A stretch of DNA of 64,000 nucleotides, from NCBI GenBank assembly GCA_963768175.1, contig CAVYGQ010000001.1, positions 766,305-830,304 of the forward strand, read 5' to 3'. Source of the DNA: Candidatus Doudnabacteria bacterium (GTDB lineage Bacteria; Patescibacteriota; Doudnabacteria; UBA920). Position 1 is the stretch's first letter. Each line of letters opens with the position of its first letter. The notes under the pieces were generated by a model that worked only from the letters and a program-made list of their open reading frames with translations, made no database searches and was not told the origin of the DNA. The translations under genes were made by a program, and so were the position numbers. Shown here piece after piece: positions 8,962 through 15,403 of this stretch.

Positions 8962-9908
8962 AATAGTTGCCGTTGCGCTATTTTTGTAATAGCTGTAAAT
9001 TGAATTTTGGCTTTATTGTCTTTTGTATTTTGAATTCGTTTTATAGGGAGCATTATTTTATCCATTTCTCGTAGTCTTTTTATTGACAAATCCAAATACT
9101 TCTCTTCCATATCAATACCGATAAACTTTCTTTTAAAAGCGCTGGCCGCAATTCCGGTGGTGGAACTTCCGGTAAAAGGATCCAAGATCACATCTCCTTC
9201 TTTAGTACTTGCCAAAACAATTCGCTTAAGCAAATCTATGGGCTTTTGGGTTGGGTGTTTACCGAACTTTTTTTCTGACTTTCTTGGGGTCAGAATAGAC
9301 CAAACAGAGCGCATCTGCAAGCCTTCTTTCTTTAAAAAATCTTCAGGCCATTGGCCGTTCTTCATTAAATCATAATTAAAGGTGTGCTTGGCCTTTTTAT
9401 CTTTTCGCGCCCAAATAATAGTTTCATGGCTAGCGGTAAAAAAACGGCAACTTAAATTTGGTGAGGCATTTGGCTTAAACCAAGAAATATCGTTTAGAAT
9501 GTGATATCCCAAAGCCTGCAATGCATGGCCGCATTGATAAATGGAGTGGTAAGTACCGCTAACCCAAAGGCTGCCTGCCGGTTTTAAAACTCTTTTACAT
9601 GCTTCTAGCCATTTAAAATGAAATTCGTAATCGTCCTTAAAACCTTTACTTTTGTCCCAGTTCCCTTTGTTTACGCTTACCATTCTTCCTGCGTGTACAG
9701 AAAAACCTCCATTAGATAAGTTGTATGGGGGGTCGGCAAAAATCATATCTACACTATTTTCCGGAAGCTGACTTAAAATATCCAGACAGTTTGCATGATA
9801 CAAAACAAAATTATCCTTAATAAAATAAGGTTTTTGGGCGATATTGGATAATATTTTCGCTCCGTTTTCCATTTTTTTTCTTTTGTTGATTTTTCGTCTT
9901 TTTTTCAT
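8958..9908 (-). CDS. Beta-class N6-adenine/N4-cytosine DNA methyltransferase (DpnA-like); start may be the downstream Met near 9872
   Basis: FADPPYNL, HPTQKP, DPFTGSSTTG motifs in beta order. Confidence 0.92.
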   Translation of the reverse strand: MKKRRKINKRKKMENGAKILSNIAQKPYFIKDNFVLYHANCLDILSQLPENSVDMIFADPPYNLSNGGFSVHAGRMVSVNKGNWDKSKGFKDDYEFHFKWLEACKRVLKPAGSLWVSGTYHSIYQCGHALQALGYHILNDISWFKPNASPNLSCRFFTASHETIIWARKDKKAKHTFNYDLMKNGQWPEDFLKKEGLQMRSVWSILTPRKSEKKFGKHPTQKPIDLLKRIVLASTKEGDVILDPFTGSSTTGIAASAFKRKFIGIDMEEKYLDLSIKRLREMDKIMLPIKRIQNTKDNKAKIQFTAITKIAQRQLL

Positions 9909-9935
9909 AGTATACTATCGTTCACCTTATGTCAA
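9907..9935 (-). promoter_or_regulatory. Sigma70-type promoter TTGACA-17-TACTAT with a spacer shared with the RhuM-Fic promoter
   Basis: Consensus match; 17-bp identity with 34628-34644. Confidence 0.55.
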
Positions 9936-10018
9936 CCCCATTAAAAAAGCTATAAAACAAGGGGGGTAAAAATATTTATCCACATTTATCTAAATACAAA
10001 AATACTTTCTAACGGGGT
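9935..10018. repeat. MITE-like element with ACCCCGTTAGAAA / TTTCTAACGGGGT-type termini (family E)
   Basis: Related termini at 35426-35520, 48611-48707 and 52260-52326. Confidence 0.55.
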
Positions 10019-10114
10019 AAAGTGGATAACTTTTAGGCCTTTATCTACTATTATTCTAACAAAAATCCCGCGCCGATGGAAATCGGAGCAGGATTTTATA
10101 TGGGGACAAAACAT

Positions 10115-13100
10115 CTACTCTTCCCCTTCTTCCATAGCGCTGGAGGCGGCGGCTTCCAATTGCAAATTTTCTCTGGCAATTTGTTCGGTAAAACCGGTGC
10201 CGGCCGGAATAAGTTTGCCAATAATGACATTCTCTTTCAAACCGCGCAAATAATCGGTCTTGCCGGTAACAGCGGCTTCTATTAACACACGGGTTGTCTC
10301 TTGGAATGAAGCTGCGGCCAAAAAGGAATCGGTATTTAAAGATACCTTGGTAATGCCCATAAGCAGCTGTTCGGACTGAACTGGGCGTTTGCCCGCGGCT
10401 TTAAGCTCGGCGTTAATAAAACCCAGCTTGGCCTTGTCCGCGACTTCGCCTACCGTTAATTCGCTGTCGCCGGAATCGGTTACCCTGACCTTGCTGAACA
10501 TTTGCTTAACAATAATTTCAATGTGTTTGTCGTGAATGTTTTGCCCCTGGGAAACGTAAATATCCTGGACTTCCTTGACAATATATTTTTGCGCCGCTTC
10601 CACGCCGCGCAAATGCATAATTTGTCCGGGATTTAAGTTGCCTTCGGTCAGCTGCTGGCCTTTGGTAACCAAGTCGCCGTCTTTAAGCAGCAGCGACAGC
10701 GAAGCCGGAATGATATATTCTTTAACCTGGTCGCTTTCGTGAAAAATAATAATTTGGTTTTTTTCTCCGCCGGAGGCCGATCCCGCTCTGCGGGACAAAC
10801 GGACCATACCGGCGGTTTTGGCCTTAACGGCTTTGCCGCTTTCGTCTATGTATAATGTTTCCCCGGATTCAACCTTACTGCCGTCTTTAATGGTAGATTG
10901 CGCCCGGCCTAAATCGTAAGTGTCTTTGGTGGCGTCCTCACCCTGAATCCTGATAATATATTCTTTGTTATTGGGTTTGGCAATGTAAACCTGCCCGTCT
11001 ATTTCCGACACATAAGCCTGTCCTTTGGGCTCGCGGGCTTCAAACAACTCTTCCACGCGGGGCAAACCTTGGGTAATATCTTTAACCGAAGCCGAGCCTC
11101 CGGTATGGAAGGTTCTCATGGTCAGCTGGGTGCCCGGCTCGCCAATGGATTGGGCAGCCACAATTCCCACAGCCGCGCCAAGGCGGACCATATCGTTAAA
11201 GCCCAAATCGTAACCATAGCAAAGCCTGCAAACTCCCCTGGAAAGCTTGCATTTCAATACGCTTCTGCATTTTACCTCTTCAATTCCGGCGTCTACAATT
11301 TTTTTGGCCTGCAAATCGTCAATCCCGTGATTTTTTTCCACAATGACATTACCTTTTTTATCCTTTAACTCTTCGGCGGCCACCCGGCCGAATAATCTCC
11401 TGTCAAAAGGCTTGTTCATGCGCTTGCTCTCTTCCTGGGTTATCAGGTCACAGTCTAGAGTGCCGCAGTCCTCGCTGTTAACTACAATGTCCTGGGCCAC
11501 GTCCACCAGGCGGCGGGTTAAGTAGCCGGCATCGGCCGTGCGCATGGCGGTGTCGGACATGCCTTTCCGGCTGCCGTGCGTGGAAATAAAATATTCCAAA
11601 ACGTTTAAACCTTCTTTAAAACTGCCCTTAACCGGAAGCTCAATAACGTCACCAGCCGGATTAACCACCAGTCCCTTCATGCCGGACATTTGGGTAATTT
11701 GGGAAAATGACCCTCTGGCCCCCGAGGACACAAAATAATTGACGCTGCCGTATTCGGCCACGGTGCCGTTAACCGACTTGGCGATTTTTTCCGAAACGTC
11801 AGCCCAAATTTCCACCACGCGGTTATAACGTTCGTCTTCGGTCAGCAAGCCTTCCTGATATTGCTGGTAAGTGCCTTCCACTTCCCCGTCGGCGGTTTTC
11901 AGCGTCTCATATTTGCCGGCCGGAACCAACAGGTCGTCCATGCCCCAGGACAAGCCGGACTTTTTCATATAGTAAAAACCCGTGCGCTTAATTTCATCAA
12001 TCAGCTCCGCGGTCTTTTCGTTGCCGAGCAGGCGGTGCGCTTCGCGCACCAGGCCCTGTAATTTCTTTTTATCAAAATTGTCATTGCGGAAACCCAGCTC
12101 CGGAGGCACAACTTTATTAAAAATCAGCCGGCCCACGGAAGTCTCCACGATTTCGCCGTTTTCTCCGCCAGTGACGGATCCGCCTTCGGCGGACAGCCTA
12201 ACTTTAATTTTGGCCTGGATATGGACGTAGCCGTTATTGTAAGCCAAAATGGCTTCAGCGGGGGAAGAAAATATTTTGCCTTCGCCCTTCTGGCCCAAGC
12301 GAATTCTGGTAATATAATAACAACCCACCACCACGTCTTTGTCCGGAGTCATAACCGGATCTCCCGAAGCGGGCTTAAGCAAATTGTGCGCGGAAACCAT
12401 AATTTCGCGCGCTTCCTTTTGCGCTAATTCCGTCAAAGGCACGTGCACGGCCATTTGGTCGCCGTCAAAATCCGCATTAAACGCGGCGCAGACCATGGGG
12501 TGCAGCTGAATGGCCTTGCCTTCTATTAATACCGGCTGGAAGGCCTGAAAACCCAGGCGGTGCAAAGTCGGAGCGCGGTTTAATAAAACATAGTGGTCTT
12601 TGGTGACTTCTTCCAAAATGTCGTAAACTTCGGTCCTGCCCTGTTCAATCAGGCGGTTGGCGCTGCGAACGTTATGCGCGTACTCGCGGCCGATAAGCTT
12701 GCTGATAACAAAAGGCTTAAACAGCTCCAGTGCCATCATTTTTGGCAGGCCGCATTGATGCAGTTTCAGGTTGGGACCCACCACAATAACGCTGCGGCCG
12801 CTGTAATCCACGCGCTTGCCCAAAAGGTTTTGGCGGAAGCGCCCCTGCTTGCCTTTAAGCATGTCGGCCAAAGAGCGCAGCTTTCTTTTTTGGCCCGTGC
12901 TGGCGGTGACTTCCTTGCCGTGGCGGATGCTGTTGTCAATAAGCGCGTCCACCGCTTCCTGCAGCATGCGCTTTTCATTTCTGGTAATGACTTCCGGCGC
13001 CTTAATTTCCAAAAGTTTTTTTAAACGATTGTTGCGGTTAATGACGCGGCGGTATAAATCGTTTAGGTCCGAGGCCGCAAACCGGCCGCCGTCTAGCTGC

Positions 13101-14071
13101 ACCATGGGGCGCAAATCCGGCGGGATGACCGGCAACATGGAAATAAGCATCCATTCGGGCCGCAGGCCGGAGTTGATTAACGATTTTACCAGCTTCATGC
13201 GTTTTAAAATTTTTCTCTCGGCCTGGCCTTCCAAATTCGGCAAGCTGGTTTGCAAATCCGAAAGCAGCTGCTCCAGGTTGATCTCTTCCAAAAGCCCTTT
13301 TATGCCTTCGGCGCCAATACTGGCCGAAAACACCGGCCCGTATTTTAAAGACAAATCGCGATACTGGAGTTCGCTGATAATTTGCATTTTCTTGATGGAC
13401 TTCAGCTCGGCTCTGGCCTGGTCGCGGATGCTTTCTAGGGCTTGCAGTTCCTTGCTCCAGGCGTCTTTCAGCCGGGTGACTTCCGCGTCAATTTCCGCCT
13501 GAAAGATGTCCGGATCTTTTTGGGAAGATTTTTGCCCGATGCTGGATTTGGATTTGCCGATTAAAGTTTCAAATTTCTCTTCAATGACTTTCTTCTTGGC
13601 TTTAAACTCGTGTTCAATCTGCTCCAAAGTTGACATTCTGGCTTCTTCGTCCACGGAGTTGATAATGTAAGCCGCAAAATAAATAACTTTTTCCAGCTCC
13701 TGTACGCCCAAATCCAAAATCAAACCCAAACGGGAAGGCACGCCGCGCAAAAACCAGATGTGCGCGGTCGGCACGGCCAGTTTAATGTGGCCCATGCGCT
13801 CGCGCCTGACGGAGGATTTGGTGACTTCCACGCCGCACTTGTCGCAGACAATCCCCTTGTAGCGGATTCTTTTGTATTTGCCGCAATAGCACTCCCAGTC
13901 TTTTATGGGGCCGAAAATCTTTTCGTCAAAAAGCCCGTCCTTTTCCGGGCGCTGGGTGCGGTAATTAATGGTTTCCGGCTTGGTAACTTCGCCGTGCGAC
14001 CACTGCATAATGGTCTCCGGGCTGGCGAGCTTCAACCGTACGCCTTTGAAATCTTCTGTCTGTGTGAACAT
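10115..14071 (-). CDS. rpoC: DNA-directed RNA polymerase subunit beta'
   Basis: Zn finger CYCGKYK...CDKC, NADFDGDQMAVH catalytic motif, QSIGEPGTQLTMRTFH. Confidence 0.99.
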   Translation of the reverse strand: MFTQTEDFKGVRLKLASPETIMQWSHGEVTKPETINYRTQRPEKDGLFDEKIFGPIKDWECYCGKYKRIRYKGIVCDKCGVEVTKSSVRRERMGHIKLAVPTAHIWFLRGVPSRLGLILDLGVQELEKVIYFAAYIINSVDEEARMSTLEQIEHEFKAKKKVIEEKFETLIGKSKSSIGQKSSQKDPDIFQAEIDAEVTRLKDAWSKELQALESIRDQARAELKSIKKMQIISELQYRDLSLKYGPVFSASIGAEGIKGLLEEINLEQLLSDLQTSLPNLEGQAERKILKRMKLVKSLINSGLRPEWMLISMLPVIPPDLRPMVQLDGGRFAASDLNDLYRRVINRNNRLKKLLEIKAPEVITRNEKRMLQEAVDALIDNSIRHGKEVTASTGQKRKLRSLADMLKGKQGRFRQNLLGKRVDYSGRSVIVVGPNLKLHQCGLPKMMALELFKPFVISKLIGREYAHNVRSANRLIEQGRTEVYDILEEVTKDHYVLLNRAPTLHRLGFQAFQPVLIEGKAIQLHPMVCAAFNADFDGDQMAVHVPLTELAQKEAREIMVSAHNLLKPASGDPVMTPDKDVVVGCYYITRIRLGQKGEGKIFSSPAEAILAYNNGYVHIQAKIKVRLSAEGGSVTGGENGEIVETSVGRLIFNKVVPPELGFRNDNFDKKKLQGLVREAHRLLGNEKTAELIDEIKRTGFYYMKKSGLSWGMDDLLVPAGKYETLKTADGEVEGTYQQYQEGLLTEDERYNRVVEIWADVSEKIAKSVNGTVAEYGSVNYFVSSGARGSFSQITQMSGMKGLVVNPAGDVIELPVKGSFKEGLNVLEYFISTHGSRKGMSDTAMRTADAGYLTRRLVDVAQDIVVNSEDCGTLDCDLITQEESKRMNKPFDRRLFGRVAAEELKDKKGNVIVEKNHGIDDLQAKKIVDAGIEEVKCRSVLKCKLSRGVCRLCYGYDLGFNDMVRLGAAVGIVAAQSIGEPGTQLTMRTFHTGGSASVKDITQGLPRVEELFEAREPKGQAYVSEIDGQVYIAKPNNKEYIIRIQGEDATKDTYDLGRAQSTIKDGSKVESGETLYIDESGKAVKAKTAGMVRLSRRAGSASGGEKNQIIIFHESDQVKEYIIPASLSLLLKDGDLVTKGQQLTEGNLNPGQIMHLRGVEAAQKYIVKEVQDIYVSQGQNIHDKHIEIIVKQMFSKVRVTDSGDSELTVGEVADKAKLGFINAELKAAGKRPVQSEQLLMGITKVSLNTDSFLAAASFQETTRVLIEAAVTGKTDYLRGLKENVIIGKLIPAGTGFTEQIARENLQLEAAASSAMEEGEE

Positions 14072-14160
14072 AGAGGAAGTGATTAGTGCTTAGTGGTTAG
14101 TGGTTAGTTTGTAGTGCAGGCCATTGGCCTGCCTTGATGTAAATGAAATATTTTCTCTTC

Positions 14161-14259
14161 GGCGTCATTCTGAGGGAGTGCATCCGACCGAAGAATCTCT
14201 AACCTGCATGAGATCCTTCGCCCGCTTGCTTTTACCGATGACGGGCTCAGGATGACGCC
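14161..14259. repeat. REP-like palindromic element GGCGTCATTCTGAG...GAAGAATCT...AGATCCTTC...CTCAGGATGACGCC (family G)
   Basis: Further copies at 25348-25433, 27878-27975, 29169-29254 and a half copy at 57072-57109. Confidence 0.85.
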
Positions 14260-14273
14260 ACTAGTAGGTGCCC

Positions 14274-14335
14274 TTTACAACTCTCTCTCTGTGTGCTATT
14301 TTTAGCTGTCCGATTCTTTTCGGAATGCGAAGGAG
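14274..14335 (+). promoter_or_regulatory. Promoter (TTTACA-17-TGnTATTTT), leader hairpin and AGGAGG RBS of cassette 1
   Basis: Near-identical to 14935-14997. Confidence 0.6.
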
Positions 14336-14345
14336 GTGAATTACA

Positions 14346-14624
14346 GTGGCTAACGTCCACAGACTGCTTGAAAATGTGGGGAAGGAGCTTCGTGCCTCTC
14401 GGGCAGGAGTAGGCATGTATTACGCTGGAATGGGAGCCAGAGAGCAAGGCCAAGTGGTGGAGAAAAATATGGAAAGGACTGAAATCAGGCTGGCAAGTAT
14501 CGCTCTACGGCTGAAACAAATCCAGTACGCCGCCGACATCGGAGACCTCACCGAAATCAAGCGGCTGCTCGCCGAGGAGATCCCGGTCAATGTTCTGCAA
14601 GCCCCGCAAACCCAGCCTGCCTAA
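14346..14624 (+). CDS. Hypothetical protein, 92 aa (cassette 1, antisense within the rpoB-rpoC spacer)
   Basis: GTG start with AGGAGG RBS, own promoter, downstream structured element. Confidence 0.7.
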   Translation: MANVHRLLENVGKELRASRAGVGMYYAGMGAREQGQVVEKNMERTEIRLASIALRLKQIQYAADIGDLTEIKRLLAEEIPVNVLQAPQTQPA

Positions 14625-14628
14625 CTCG

Positions 14629-14731
14629 CGCCCGCCGGCGCAGACCTGCTTTGGCATCCGTAGATGCCCAAGTGGCGCCGCGGCAACCCCTTTTTTGACC
14701 GTTCAATCCGGTCAGGAGGGGTAATTTTTTT
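14629..14731 (+). ncRNA. Structured 3' RNA element, copy 1 (two hairpins, the second with a T-loop-like TTCAATC, then a U tract)
   Basis: Aligns with 15127-15231 with compensatory base changes. Confidence 0.6.
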
Positions 14732-14848
14732 GCCCACATTTATTTACATATGTAGAGGGCAGTCCGCCATAGCCTCTTTGTCCGACGAAGCTTTAGCGTA
14801 GTCGGATTTATCGGCTTAATTTTGAAATTTGGTATTGAAAATTGTGTA

Positions 14849-14927
14849 GCCGACCCGAATCTACAAATTGTATCCGAATGTTCCGAATTCGTGTCATTCG
14901 CGTGTAATTCGTATATCCGGATCGGTT
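14849..14927. repeat. CGAAT...ATTCG-type long imperfect palindrome (family D)
   Basis: Related copies at 24142-24215, 51952-52036, 54448-54522, 55917-56026, 62841-62911. Confidence 0.75.
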
Positions 14928-14934
14928 ATTGCTC

Positions 14935-14997
14935 TTTACAAACCTCTCTCTTATGTGCTATTTTTAGCTGCCCGATTCTTTCGGAAGGTGAAGAGGG
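14935..14997 (+). promoter_or_regulatory. Promoter (TTTACA-18-TGnTATTTT), leader hairpin and GAGGG RBS of cassette 2
   Basis: Near-identical to 14274-14335. Confidence 0.6.
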
Positions 14998-15000
14998 TTT

Positions 15001-15108
15001 ATGAAAAAAAACGATTGGCAAATCTTGATATTGTTGATAGTGGTAGTAATCGCGACAATCGTCACAGTTGGTGGGGTGATCCTGTCAGCCATCGCCGTCC
15101 ATCACTGA
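15001..15108 (+). CDS. 35-aa single-pass hydrophobic peptide (cassette 2; not in ORF track)
   Basis: Manual translation MKKNDWQILILLIVVVIATIVTVGGVILSAIAVHH*; AGAGGG RBS directly upstream. Confidence 0.6.
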   Translation: MKKNDWQILILLIVVVIATIVTVGGVILSAIAVHH

Positions 15109-15126
15109 TTCGTCGCCTCCCCGCCA

Positions 15127-15231
15127 CGCCCGCCGGCGCAGACCTGTTTTGACATCCAAAGATGTCAGAGCGGCGCCGCGGCAGCCCCTATCCAGTCGTT
15201 CAAACCGACGGAACCTGGGGCTTTTCTTTTT
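15127..15231 (+). ncRNA. Structured 3' RNA element, copy 2 (T-loop-like TTCAAAC)
   Basis: Aligns with 14629-14731 with compensatory base changes. Confidence 0.6.
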
Positions 15232-15258
15232 GTAAATTTTTTAAGGTTCTTTGTCTTA

Positions 15259-15349
15259 TCCCCCTCTTAATATAAGAGGGGGTAGGGGGTGATATTTATC
15301 TTTGCGATAATATCCCCTCCTAGCCTCCCCTTATTCTAAGGGGAGGAAT
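15259..15349. repeat. CCCCTCC...GGGGAGG palindromic element (family A), intergenic
   Basis: Two hairpins CCCCCTCTTA-ATA-TAAGAGGGGG and CCTCCCCTTA-TTC-TAAGGGGAGG; relatives at 4926-4961, 23448-23535, 35290-35326, 59195-59242. Confidence 0.75.
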
Positions 15350-15403
15350 ATTGTACCTATGTCTTCTCCTATTCACTATTCACTATTCACTATTGCCTAT
15401 TCG

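Noticed and set aside
9977-10030. DnaA-box-like sequences (also near 7725 and 34693) as oriC
   Set aside because: Only one or two boxes per site with no clustered array or unwinding element; the origin is more likely beyond dnaN, outside the window.
14690-14722. tRNA gene at GTTCAATCC (and GTTCAAACC at 15197)
   Set aside because: Only a T-arm-like hairpin; no cloverleaf, D-arm, anticodon arm or CCA end.
14822-15152. Track ORFs 14822-15004, 14868-15152 and 14247-14453
   Set aside because: They run through repeats and promoter DNA; the RBS points to the 35-aa ORF at 15001.
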